A stretch of 64,000 nucleotides of DNA from positions 1 to 64,000 of the forward strand of contig QPMI01000562.1 in the NCBI GenBank assembly GCA_004431415.1, written 5' to 3'. This DNA comes from Cyanophora paradoxa CCMP329. Taxonomy: Eukaryota > Plantae > Glaucophyta. Of this stretch, positions 19,365 through 30,514 are shown in pieces; position 1 is the first letter of the stretch; each line of letters opens with the position of its first letter. The notes beneath the pieces were generated by a model. The model worked only from the letters and a program-made list of their open reading frames with translations. It did no database searches and was not told the origin of the DNA. The translations under genes and the position numbers were made by a program.

Positions 19365-20730
19365 CTATAAATTGATTCTACGAACACCTGAACCGTCTAT
19401 AATGAGGAAACTATGCATTAAAGCGCGAACTTGAACATTGATTGTCTTATCTGTGGGCATGTAGAGTGTGAGGAATGAAGATGAGGAATTTGTCAGGTCA
19501 ACAAATCCACTTTGAGCAATATTTCGAATCGCCTTCTCTCCATCAATGCAGAAACTTAAACCTGAAAGGACATATTTATCTGCAACCTTATCCATGTTAG
19601 AGCATTTGAATGCATCAGCAATTAGCTCAGCACCTTTGAGTAGGGAAATTGGCTCAGTGGCATAAAGTCGTTGTCCATTAATTTCAACAGTGAAAGTAAT
19701 ATCTTTGGAGTTGGCATAGGTCTTAAGAACACTGTGGGAGCCATTGGATTTGTCAACAGTCTCATAATCACGAACTGAAACAAGCAGAGCATAGACAAGA
19801 CCTGAGATTTGAGAGAGGTTAATTCGATTGGGCTGGGCATTGCCCTTGGCAGGGAAAGCAATGGCATCTACAAATCCAATATCAAGGGAGGGAATAGCCA
19901 TGCCAGTAGTCTTTACTTTTTCAATTACAGTAGCGAAAAGCTCATCAGAAACATTAATAGCATGCATGTAAAGGCGAGGAGAAGTAATTGAAATAGCAGG
20001 GGTTGTTGCACCAAGACTGAAAGTGGTGATGTTTTGACCAACATGGGCAAGTGTAGCATTAGCAGTATCACCAAGACCATCATCTTCTGTCTTATCAGCA
20101 GCTGTCCCACCAACAACAGGGAGAGAGCGACCACCATAGGAAGTTTCAACATAACCCTTTCCAGCATCCTTAAACCAAACAGTAACAACCATTTCACCAG
20201 ATAAAGCACCAAGGGAAGATAGTGATTTAGCCAAGGCACTGGGATTTCAACGAAAAATGAGCCACCAAGTCGGTTGGTTCCATGAGCAGGGATTCCATGA
20301 ACCATGCCCATTGAGCGTTTCTTTTTAGCTAGTTGATCCTCCGAATAATAGACCAGGGGAAATGAGCAAGGAAATCAGAAGGAATGTGGTAGGTGTAAGA
20401 TCCATAGGTAATTTCAAGTCGCTGAACTAAAGCACCAACTGGGCGAGTGTATCCATTGCGAACTAGATCTTCACCAGCAAAAGTGATTTCTGGTAGGTCG
20501 AAAGCAAGTTCGAGTTTTCCACAGAAATTGTAGCGAGGTAGCTTGAAGGAAATGCGATTTCCAACATTATTCTCAAAAGTATTGCTGGGATTCACAACAA
20601 CTAGAACTGGCTTAGACTTGGATTCGAGTCCAAGCATAAGGGAGTTATCCAGGAAAAAGGCTTTCGCCTCCTCTGGGGTTGTTAGGGCTTCTTTCAGCGA
20701 AAGTCTTTGAAGAGTGGAAGTGATATCCAT
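19365..20730 (-). CDS. Major capsid protein (double jelly-roll, ~455 aa), two 1-nt frameshifts in this sequence
   Basis: MDITSTLQ...ISFKLPRY..KLELAFDLP..YTRPVGALVQRLEITYG..FFVEIPVPW..FTVEING..SGFVDLTN. Size, beta-rich composition and position next to ATPase and mCP fit. Breaks at ~20,358 and ~20,231. Confidence 0.8.
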
Positions 20731-20783
20731 TATATTCTCTTTTATTATACTGCAACATAAAAAATCTACCAATGATCCTTAAT

Positions 20784-21792
20784 TTATGCGAAGCTTGTAA
20801 TTACTGGATAGGAAGGGTGAAGCTGCGACATTCGCATCTTAAAGTATTCATAAACTGGGTCTCCTGCTGGCTCATCACCATAGCGAATTTCAAAGGTCAG
20901 ATGAACAGGTTGACCCTCAAAATCAATTGGTTCATTAATAGCATTTACAATATCAACCGAGAAAGTGGATAATCCAACCTTTTTGTTATAGTATTTATAA
21001 AGTGGATGAGCCTCTGTTGAATTGTAAACAACATGCTCACCATAGTCTTTATCAGGGACCACTATTTTGTGAAAGTAACCAGTCAGAAGACCATCCCCAC
21101 ATTGCACCAGATCACCCAGCTCCTTTACTCTCACAAACAAAACACTGTCCCTGGTCTTCTCAGGCTCAAAAGAAGATATAATGCCATTCACTCGACCACC
21201 AGTAAAGATTCCATCAGTGAGAGCATCATAGACCTGTGATTGGATTGGGGAGTTACCATATCTTCCAGGATCAAGACCCAGCAGTCTAGCTGAACTCAAC
21301 AGCTTTTGGATTGTTTGTTGGCTTGGGTTCACAGCTACTGAGAAAGCCAAGTAAAATGGTACTGCTGAGTGGAATATAATTCGTTTCAGTGATTCATCCC
21401 ATTTGCAGCGAATGGATGGTTGGGGATTTCTGCCTTCGAATTTAGAGTTAATTACATTCACCAGTTGCTGGTGGCTTTGGATGGGGTGTTTCGACTTATA
21501 ATGAATTGTTTCCATTGTTCATAGTCAGCAGCTGGGCGAACTGTTGGAATTCCTGAGCTTCCAGCTCCAGGAGTTTGTTCAGAATAATAAATGCTAAATG
21601 CATTGTCAACTGTCACATCTCCAACTTTGGTTTCACCACTCACCATAGGGATGCTGTTATAAAATTCGGCTGATACCAGTCTCACAGCCCTCACATTCTC
21701 ATAACTACTGGGAGTCTTGCCACAAAGCTTGATGTGGGACCATCACCAGAGATTGTATTAAATGAGCTAACCTCGATGTAATCCACAGGCAT
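20784..21792 (-). CDS. Minor capsid (penton) protein 1, two 1-nt frameshifts
   Basis: NVRAVRLVSAEFYNSIP at the N-terminus and LSTFSVDIVNAINEPIDFEGQPVHLTFEI at the C-terminus. Breaks at ~21,697 and ~21,484. Confidence 0.75.
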
Positions 21793-21821
21793 TCTTCTTT
21801 TATCTATATTTATATATTAAA

Positions 21822-22752
21822 ATGAATCGACTTGTTAATATTGATAGCAGGGATAGAAGCCAAGGACAAAATGAAAACTCTTACAGGGTCACTCTCACAA
21901 CTCCAGTAGAGAGACCAAGGGAATGTAGGGTTCTCTATGCAGAGATTCCAAACAGTATCTATAACAGTGTGGGAACTGATCATCTAACAGTTCAGTTTAA
22001 TTACCAAGATGGTTCATACAATGAAATCATCACACAGAAAGTGTATCCCCTTCCCAGTGGCTACATTAACCAGGGTCATTTTGGGGTAACACACCCTTAT
22101 AATTATGGGCTGAACTATTCAAGCTTCCAAACCATTGCAGGCAAAACAGTAGCTTTTGAGTTCAAGATATTCTATAACCCAACTACCTATAAAGTGGAGT
22201 TTTACAGTAACCATGAGTTTCGTTTTATTGCAAGCAACCAGAGAATAGGGAAGCTTTTGGGTGTGAGTTCTACTGAATACACCAATGGTTATTATAGCAC
22301 TCCTCCTGCTGGTGGATCTCCCTATCGACCTGAGAACCTTTTAAAGTATGATGGCAAACCTATTACACCTGATCACCCAGCATGGGGAATCACCTTCTCA
22401 GGACCCAGACTCTCCTCAAAGCCCTTGCAATATTATTTTGACAGCAGGAAGATGTCTGATATGAATGCTGAGCAGTATCTGTACATGCATATTAAAGAGC
22501 TGTCCCCTTTGCCAGCAGACACAATATAATCCCGAAATCGCAACCACATAACCAGGGGCAATCCTTAGACTGCAATTGAGTAAAGATATAGGCGGCTATG
22601 TTTACCATAGTGGTGAGCATGCCGAATTCATTCAGATAAATGACAGAAACCTGGTGATAAGGGAACTCACTGTGGAGTTTAAAGATTACTTTGGTGAACT
22701 GATTGATATGAATGGAATCGACAATTCTTTTCAGTTGGAGTTTATCGAATAA
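21822..22752 (+). CDS. Minor capsid (penton) protein 2, frameshifted near 22,510-22,558
   Basis: IDSRDR...YRVTL...LYAEIPNSIYN; the shifted tail reads RELTVEFKDYFGELIDMNGIDNSFQLEFIE*. Confidence 0.8.
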
Positions 22753-24294
22753 AGGCACCTGTAAAGTCCACTCTCATTGTGGGAGCATTCACATACACAA
22801 GGGATAAATGCGAATATACTTGATTCTGAGAGAAAAACCTATGTAAAAAGCATCCTTGATGCTGAGAGGAAATCCACTCAATAAAGCAACATCACCTGAG
22901 TTGTGAGCATTGTTAATGTTCTCACAGACATATATTTTGTTCTGCCCATCTGATCGAATAAAAGACCAGTTGATCCCATCAGTGGATGTTGCCACATTGA
23001 AAGTCTTAATAAAAGCATTGGTGTCCCTGAACCATAGGCAATAACAGAGGAGAGTTCGAAAGTATATGGGAAAGCAACTTGAAGGTATTCAGTGGGGGTT
23101 TCCCATATCTGCTCAGGAGCATAGGCTCCAGCTTCCCAGCCAAATGCTGAAGGTCTAGCCATGAAAGGCTCTTTACCTGTCACAGAGGATGAGGCAGTGA
23201 AGGCATCATCTGCAAGCTGATACCAATTTGCATCCAAAGGAGGTGATGTAGTGAGAGTGGATGATATGTAAGCCTTTGAAGGGTTCTTTAATTCATAGTT
23301 TGCTACTAGAATGCTGCAAAGCTTATTAATCATATCATTGTTTGCTGCAATGTATGTTTCAGTGAATGCAAGCATGTCTGGGATTTTAGAAGTGTCATCC
23401 AGGGAGCTTACTATATGATTTGGAAGTGGGACTGATAGCCTATAGTATCTCCCATAATCCTGATCATAGTTGTAGGGTAACAACTCCTCCATCTTATCAA
23501 GGGCAGAAAGCTCACTTGCAGCCATGAGCATGTTAATCAATGGGCTTCCATCTGTTGAGGCAATCCATGAGAGAATGCCCCAGCTGTTGACAGTCTCATA
23601 AGCATAACCCACATAATCAGACTCTAAATGTGGGTCCACCTCTCCACAAGATATACTTATTACTATAATATCATCATCATCACTGTAAATTTTCTTTGCA
23701 TGGCTGTAACCACACACACTGGGATTATTGTTTCCAGAAATGGCACCATCAATGAGACAGACATATACTCCCCGATTGAAATCAACAATGCTTACAGGTG
23801 AAAAGTATGTAGGAGCAGCAGAAGTAGCCCTAGCAGCAATCTTACAGGGCATAAAGTTGTAATTGTTGTCATTTGTGATAAATATTGGTTTCATATTCTG
23901 AGTATCAAAGGATGTGATCACAATGTCCTTTAGGGAATCCTGTATTAGTGATTCACCAGTAACTGAATTGATTGCAGTCTCCAAGGGTCCCACATCATAC
24001 TTTGTATTAAAAAGGGCATTTTCGATTATATTTCGAGGATTTGCGAAAATCAAGGGCAGTTGAGTTAGGTAAATATTGTGTAAATCGTTTGCTGTCAGTT
24101 TAGGTTCACCTGGTTTATCAGGATGCCTTATATTCAAACCTATTGCAATGATCCCACCAGTGGAAGTTCCACTCACAAGATCCACAAGATCGATTATTCT
24201 CCTGCCAGTTCGATTTTCGATTTCTTTTAGCAGCCTGGTTATGATAATGCCCTTGCACCCCGCCAGAAAGACTTAAAACGACCTTGAGAGGCAT
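22742..24294 (-). CDS. Patatin-like phospholipase fused to a discoidin (F5/8C) domain, three 1-nt frameshifts
   Basis: VLSLSGGG(C)KG, GTSTGG, ARATSAAPTYF, LIDGAI..NNP; then FTASS..W..EYLQVAF..FNVATSTDGINW..YIRIYP..MRVDF. Confidence 0.85.
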
Positions 24295-24337
24295 CTTTTA
24301 CTTATCAGGAATTTTATAAATCCATATAGTAAAAGCC

Positions 24338-27300
24338 ATGAGCTTCAATTACCCACCAAATCTAGAAACCATTCAAGATGATAATGCAAGCAGCACCAAG
24401 CATGTGAACTTTGATAATATTAAAGTAAAGGGTTCAGTTTCAATTGACCACAGCTCTGATAATTCATCAAAGACTCAATCAAGGGAGCATGCTTTATCTG
24501 TGAATCAAACCGATCCAGATAAAGAGGATGTCAGTGTAGCCTTTAGTTTGGGTAATGTGAAAGCAAACCAAGTGGCAGAGATCAAAGCAACAAGAAGGAG
24601 ACCTAGGAAACTAAAAACCAGTGGCACTCACCCAGATATACCTTCCAGGTTTGATAGTGGTCGATTGATTTTCAATGTTCAAGATGAGCAGGGCAAACAG
24701 AACACAGCTTTGCGAATTTACAATGAGGGCAGCACTGCAAAAGCTGAGGTCCCCCAAGTATTGCAAGTGGGTCCCATTGCCAATACAAATCAGGTCTCCT
24801 ACACAAATGATGTCTACCCCAAGGATATTACATATGACTTTGCAAGAAATGAGCCTTTTGGTTTCTTTACTCCAAAAGATGTCCATCAAAAAAAGCCATC
24901 AATTACAATCAACAGTAGCCCCAGTCAACCAGTAGCAATCCATTTACATCCTGATTTAGTCGAAATGGATAGGCACCTTTTGCCTTTGTATAGCAATGTG
25001 AAAGACCTTGGAATTAGAACCAGGCAATGGCGAAATATCCATGGCAGCAATGTGTATGCAAATGGGGAGAAACTTGTGAGTGAGAAAACTCTAAGGGAAA
25101 TAATTGAGCATTATGGTCCCAATGGACCAACAGTCCCATTCCCTATTCCATTTCCAAATGGACCTCCCGATTTAACACCAAAGAAACAGCCTGGAAGAGA
25201 ATACACAGCAACTGAAGATGTAGCCTTTGGGCAGCATATTGTTAGTTGGGAGCAAGTTCGCAATAAACCTATAATTGAACCCAGAAAGCAAATAGATGAG
25301 CAGTATTTACCTCCTGAAGTCGATATATTAGAGCTTGATGAATATCAATTCGTTCCAGATGAGGAAGAATATTTACCAGATGGTTTTGACCCACAAGAAT
25401 ATGAATATGATCAGTTTGACCCCAATGAGGAGGAGATACTACCAGATGGCTTAGATCCCCAAGAGTTTGAGTATGAGCAGAACTATGAACCTGATGAGGA
25501 GTATTTGCCAGATGGGCATGATCCACCAGCTGTTGACTATGAGCAACCTTATGAACCCCATGAGGAACTATTACCAGATGGATTTCGACCTGAGATCTGG
25601 GAGTTCTTTCCTGATTATGAACAAATTAATAATAAACCTGCAAAGTATCCCCCAGAGGATCACAATCATGACTGGGATGAGATCTTAGGCAAACCACAGA
25701 AATACCCACCAGAAGACCACAGGCATGATTGGGGTGATATTGATGGGATTCCAGATAAGTTTGCAGCAAGCAACCATGAACACACTTGGGATGAGATTAA
25801 TGACCAACCAGAGTTTGCAAAAGTGGAGCCTCTTGCTACTCTGGGAGTTTCTCTTTACCAGACTTGCAATGTCCCTGAAAGGATCTTTTTGAATGAACAC
25901 TATGTACATGTGAATGGGACACTTGCGAATTCAGCTATGAGAGGACCACTTCATATTAGGACATTACCAGGCTCTTATAATCCACCACCTGAACCAGGAG
26001 CAACCATACCAAATATCTTTGTGTCAAGCTACATGGAGGCTGACATTCCCACAGATACATTCAGAGTCCCAACAGACCCAGCAACCTACCAAAATTACAA
26101 CTCTGCTATACAGGTTCATGTAGCAGATGTAAGCAGTCTAGATGGATCAAGACCAATGATAGTTTTCAGTCGAGATAAATATTCCTATATTCCCATAGTG
26201 GGAACTGCAAATGATAACTATGGAAGGGCAGAGCTTGCATGGATTAAAACAAACTATGGTGGGGTTCTGGAAGCCAATCAGAGGATGGCAGCAAAAAACA
26301 TACACAATGAAAATATTTCGAGAGTGGTCACAGAGGATTATCTAGAAGATCAAGGATATATTGATGAAGGTGAACTCACAAATATTCTTTCTCTTTTTGT
26401 GATCAAAAATGACACAAACCTTACAGTCACTTCCAATATCTACACCAGTAACCTTTATACAAGTAACATTTTCACAAGTAACCTATGGGCAAGTAACATT
26501 TGGACAAGAAAACTATGGGCAGATGATATTTACACAAGTAATCTTACAGTGTATCGAAATATAACAATTGGAACACAAAACACTATACAAATACTTTATA
26601 GACCTTACTACGCTGTTACAACTGTCATTGATCCAGCCCCAATTATTCCAAATTGTATATTTGCATGGAAAGCATCAGGTCAACATGGTCAGTTGATTTA
26701 TTACCAAGGTAAGATATATAACAGAGTTACTACACAGATACCATATCTAACAAATTATTCGAATTGGGAAACTGTTTATTATTATTTGAATGCAACCCTA
26801 AACAATCAAATTTCGATTGGGAAAGAATTAAACATGGCTTATAGGAATAGTGTTTCAATAGATTGGTCATTAGGTCTTACATTATTCTTTATAGGTAGGA
26901 TCAATACAACAAACCCTTCTTATATGTTGAGTATAAGGGATAGTTCTTATCAAAATTGGATTGGATATGGTTGTAAAAATCAAAAGTTTGGTGTTTCACT
27001 ACAAATTCAAAACGATATAGAAAATGCAACTCCTCCATTATTCGATGCATCATATATTTATAATTCGTGGAATTATTGGGATTTCACTGTTTCCTCAGAG
27101 CAAATTGTCGTAGGAATGGGTGGTATTGATATTGGAACATCATCGGGTGATTTTCTTCCACCTTCTAATTTTGCATCATTTGGTTCTTCTGTTGCTAATG
27201 GAGATCTTGCCGAAATTATCGTTTTCAATCGTGCGTTATCTATTGAAGAAAAGAACGCGGTTAGATATTATATACAATTATTGTATGGATTTCCAAATAC

Positions 27301-30166
27301 GCAGCCCATATTGAATAATGAAGATCTTAAAATTAATTCGAGCAATATATTTATTGAAAATCTCACAGTTACCAAAAATGCAACTCTACCACATCATCCA
27401 ACATCGAATGTTGTTTTAGATTGGTTAGCAAAACAAAAACACACAAAAGCAGATATTACGGATTTCGCCCATACTCACACAAAATCGCAAATCACAGATT
27501 TTGACCATACTCACACAAAATCGCAAATCACAGATTTTGACCATACTCACACAAAATCGCAAATCACAGATTTCGCCCATACTCATTTATGGGAGCATAT
27601 CACAAATCCTCCGTTAACCTTCCCACCTGATTCACACACTCATGATTATTCAGAGATTACAAATAGCAACCACAGGCACCCATGGAGCGAAATAGACGAA
27701 CAGCCAGTTTTTGCCCAATTGAATGCAATCGGAAACGTTTTTAATGGAGTCACACTTTACCAATCGAGTAATACACCTGAAAGATTGTATTTGAATGATC
27801 ATTATGTTAGTCTCAATGGTTCATTTACAGGTGAAACAGGCACACCGATGGTGGGAACTCTTGCAGTAAGATTACCCAGGGATCCAATCGTAAATGGAGT
27901 GTATAGTGGCGATTTTAATGTAGGAGTAAATGATACTTTCCCCAGTATCTATGTAACGAATTATCACCCGGGTGAAACAGGACAAGTAGCGGATTTTTCA
28001 GCAGCTATTCAAATTAACGTAACAGATCAAAGCGCATATGATGGAGCAAGACCTAAAATAGTATTCACAAGGGAGAAAGTCGTTAACTATCTTCCTGTTG
28101 TGGGACAACCCACAGACGATCATGGGAAATGTGAGATGGCGTGGATAAAAACGACATCAGGTGGCGCCTTAGAAGTCAATCAGAGAATGGCGGCGAAAAA
28201 CTTACACAATACAACCCTTTCCGGTGTTGTTACAGATGATTACCTTACCAATAAAGGGTATCTTACCTCAGCCGATTTAAGTAGTTACACAACAGATGCA
28301 GAATTAACGGCGGCACTTGCTAATTATCTACCTCTCACAGGTGGAACTGTAACAGGAACTGTGAATGCTACCACTTTACAAATTGGCGGAACCACAATAC
28401 CAAAAGGTTACGATTTCGACCAATTAGATGTGGTTTCATCAGATAGAAGCGCAAATAATTGGAATTTAGGGTGGACACCAAGAACAGGACAAACAGGATG
28501 TTATACAACACCACAAAATGATGAAGATTGTAGCGGTTGTTTTATGAGGTGGACTGTCCCCACAGGTATGAAATCATTTTATATTCAGCATATGCCTTGG
28601 TATAATGGCAGATATTTTGATATCTATGGTCAGACTCTCAATAACAATCAGCATTTCTTAAAACGTGTAAACGATTATCAAGGAATACAGTCAGTAAATC
28701 ATGATGGGACAAATAGTACTATCTTGTTTGTATCAATTAATTGCGAGTTTTACAAGTATATTTATGTTCAAGGTCGAAAAGGTCGCATTCATCTCACAGG
28801 AGTTTTTGGTTGGAGTAGGCAGAGGGCAACAGATAATGATGTTGGTATGATCTCTTGGGATAATATATTTAGCAAACCGTCATTTTACTCAGCCGCAGAC
28901 CTTCCACAAACCGCAACATGGGCAACAAATACATGGTTAAAATCAGTAGATGCAGTCGAGCGAATTTGGTTTGGTACTGGCGATTGCACATATATACGAG
29001 GGAGACCAAATGGTGATGCTGTGTCAATTGAATTCAGAAACTCAGCAGATACAGCCATTTTAAAATCTTATAACAATGGTAACTTTTGGGTGAATAACAC
29101 TATTACAGCACCTACTATTAATGCAACCACCAAACTCCAAATAAACGGTAATGATGTCCCAAAGTTTCACACAGCAGATAAAACAGTAGGAGGTATTGCA
29201 TTTAATAGATGTTCTGAGGGTTGGACATGGGCATGGAGTTCAGCATGGGATCCATATTATAATTATGGTTCATATGTTTATAATAATCAAACGGATGATC
29301 AAACATCTACCGCTTGGATTGACTTCGATATACCCGATGGATACCACACAGGAACAGCATTTTTAACCTATTTACCTTGGACTAACTCACGACTTTTTGA
29401 AATTTGGGGAGTAAATCGACAAGGAAATGAAGTTTTTATTACATCAGTGAATAGTTATCAACCATACGCCACATCTCCTGACAGTAACCACAGTGGTATA
29501 AATAATGTTCCAATACATCTTGGTAATCGATTCCTCACTATTCGGATTAGACCAAAGATAGGAAGAGTTCATATTATGGGTATAAGTTATATGAAAATTT
29601 GGGTAGGAAATAGTTATGGTGGTCACACCGGTTATATTCATTGGAATAATGTTTATAGTAAACCAAATATCTTAACAGGGGCATTGGATCTTTGGTTTAA
29701 CTCTAATGATGGATATAATCGTATCTATTTTACGAATAATAGCACCACGTATTTTAAAGGAAGAGGAACTTATCCAATAAGATTTCGAAATGAATTAGAT
29801 TCTGATATTTGTTGGATCGATCATGACGGGCGGATGTGGATAAACAATTATTTAACACAAGGAAGTGACAGAAGATACAAAACAGATATTAAAAAGATAA
29901 CCGGCGCTCTTTCAGCAATCGAAAAATTAGAAGGAGTGAGTTTTAAACGAATTGGGAGTGAAAAAGACGGAACAAAATTAGGTTTAATTGCGCAAGATGT
30001 AGAAAAGGTAATACCAGAAATTGTAAGTGTCACAAAAGAAGATGGTTACCTTTCTCTCGAATACACGGGTTTAATTCCAGTTCTCATTGAAGCTGTGAAG
30101 GAGTTGTCCCAAAAATGCAAAGATCTACAGGATCAAATAGACCAAATTAAAAATGTCAAAGTATAA
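24338..30166 (+). CDS. Giant modular fibre/spike protein with C-terminal peptidase S74-like intramolecular chaperone
   Basis: HxH fibre repeats (WDEILGKPQKYPPEDHRH; HTHTKSQITDF), TSNL pentapeptides, LamG-like GDLAEIIVFNRALS, SDRRYKTDI...GLIAQDVEKVIPEIV...LIPVLIEAVKEL. Confidence 0.88.
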   Translation: MSFNYPPNLETIQDDNASSTKHVNFDNIKVKGSVSIDHSSDNSSKTQSREHALSVNQTDPDKEDVSVAFSLGNVKANQVAEIKATRRRPRKLKTSGTHPDIPSRFDSGRLIFNVQDEQGKQNTALRIYNEGSTAKAEVPQVLQVGPIANTNQVSYTNDVYPKDITYDFARNEPFGFFTPKDVHQKKPSITINSSPSQPVAIHLHPDLVEMDRHLLPLYSNVKDLGIRTRQWRNIHGSNVYANGEKLVSEKTLREIIEHYGPNGPTVPFPIPFPNGPPDLTPKKQPGREYTATEDVAFGQHIVSWEQVRNKPIIEPRKQIDEQYLPPEVDILELDEYQFVPDEEEYLPDGFDPQEYEYDQFDPNEEEILPDGLDPQEFEYEQNYEPDEEYLPDGHDPPAVDYEQPYEPHEELLPDGFRPEIWEFFPDYEQINNKPAKYPPEDHNHDWDEILGKPQKYPPEDHRHDWGDIDGIPDKFAASNHEHTWDEINDQPEFAKVEPLATLGVSLYQTCNVPERIFLNEHYVHVNGTLANSAMRGPLHIRTLPGSYNPPPEPGATIPNIFVSSYMEADIPTDTFRVPTDPATYQNYNSAIQVHVADVSSLDGSRPMIVFSRDKYSYIPIVGTANDNYGRAELAWIKTNYGGVLEANQRMAAKNIHNENISRVVTEDYLEDQGYIDEGELTNILSLFVIKNDTNLTVTSNIYTSNLYTSNIFTSNLWASNIWTRKLWADDIYTSNLTVYRNITIGTQNTIQILYRPYYAVTTVIDPAPIIPNCIFAWKASGQHGQLIYYQGKIYNRVTTQIPYLTNYSNWETVYYYLNATLNNQISIGKELNMAYRNSVSIDWSLGLTLFFIGRINTTNPSYMLSIRDSSYQNWIGYGCKNQKFGVSLQIQNDIENATPPLFDASYIYNSWNYWDFTVSSEQIVVGMGGIDIGTSSGDFLPPSNFASFGSSVANGDLAEIIVFNRALSIEEKNAVRYYIQLLYGFPNTQPILNNEDLKINSSNIFIENLTVTKNATLPHHPTSNVVLDWLAKQKHTKADITDFAHTHTKSQITDFDHTHTKSQITDFDHTHTKSQITDFAHTHLWEHITNPPLTFPPDSHTHDYSEITNSNHRHPWSEIDEQPVFAQLNAIGNVFNGVTLYQSSNTPERLYLNDHYVSLNGSFTGETGTPMVGTLAVRLPRDPIVNGVYSGDFNVGVNDTFPSIYVTNYHPGETGQVADFSAAIQINVTDQSAYDGARPKIVFTREKVVNYLPVVGQPTDDHGKCEMAWIKTTSGGALEVNQRMAAKNLHNTTLSGVVTDDYLTNKGYLTSADLSSYTTDAELTAALANYLPLTGGTVTGTVNATTLQIGGTTIPKGYDFDQLDVVSSDRSANNWNLGWTPRTGQTGCYTTPQNDEDCSGCFMRWTVPTGMKSFYIQHMPWYNGRYFDIYGQTLNNNQHFLKRVNDYQGIQSVNHDGTNSTILFVSINCEFYKYIYVQGRKGRIHLTGVFGWSRQRATDNDVGMISWDNIFSKPSFYSAADLPQTATWATNTWLKSVDAVERIWFGTGDCTYIRGRPNGDAVSIEFRNSADTAILKSYNNGNFWVNNTITAPTINATTKLQINGNDVPKFHTADKTVGGIAFNRCSEGWTWAWSSAWDPYYNYGSYVYNNQTDDQTSTAWIDFDIPDGYHTGTAFLTYLPWTNSRLFEIWGVNRQGNEVFITSVNSYQPYATSPDSNHSGINNVPIHLGNRFLTIRIRPKIGRVHIMGISYMKIWVGNSYGGHTGYIHWNNVYSKPNILTGALDLWFNSNDGYNRIYFTNNSTTYFKGRGTYPIRFRNELDSDICWIDHDGRMWINNYLTQGSDRRYKTDIKKITGALSAIEKLEGVSFKRIGSEKDGTKLGLIAQDVEKVIPEIVSVTKEDGYLSLEYTGLIPVLIEAVKELSQKCKDLQDQIDQIKNVKV
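27469..27586 (+). repeat. 36-nt tandem repeat, about 3.3 copies (HTHTKSQITDFD)
   Basis: ccatactcacacaaaatcgcaaatcacagattttga units start at 27,469, 27,505 and 27,541. Confidence 0.95.
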
Positions 30167-30169
30167 TAA

Positions 30170-30475
30170 ATGGCGACCTATCCTCTTGGTGGAACCACCT
30201 ATTCTACTGAGCCTGTTGCGCTTTCTTTTGATACAATCACCCTTGTAAACGCATTACAAACAGTTGAAAAAACGATTCAGCAAACTAACAAGCTCTCACC
30301 AGTTGTCAATGAGTATAAAAACCTCTTGGTTAATGTCCTTGCTCAAGCTGCATATGGTGACCCTGTTGCTAAATACACTGAGTGTGATAACAACATTAAA
30401 GCAATGACATCCAACCTGCAAGTTCTTTCAACTGTTTACCAATCCCTTGGATCGAATTTAATCACTTTGGCTTGA
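30170..30475 (+). CDS. Hypothetical helical protein (101 aa)
   Basis: Starts 3 nt after the fibre stop codon; viral composition. Confidence 0.65.
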   Translation: MATYPLGGTTYSTEPVALSFDTITLVNALQTVEKTIQQTNKLSPVVNEYKNLLVNVLAQAAYGDPVAKYTECDNNIKAMTSNLQVLSTVYQSLGSNLITLA

Positions 30476-30514
30476 TTGCAGTTTATTTTTCTTTCCTTCT
30501 TAGTAAAAGAAGCA

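Noticed and set aside
19365-24294. Programmed ribosomal frameshifting in capsid genes
   Set aside because: Too many sites, no slippery heptamers, and all are single-base losses in short runs.
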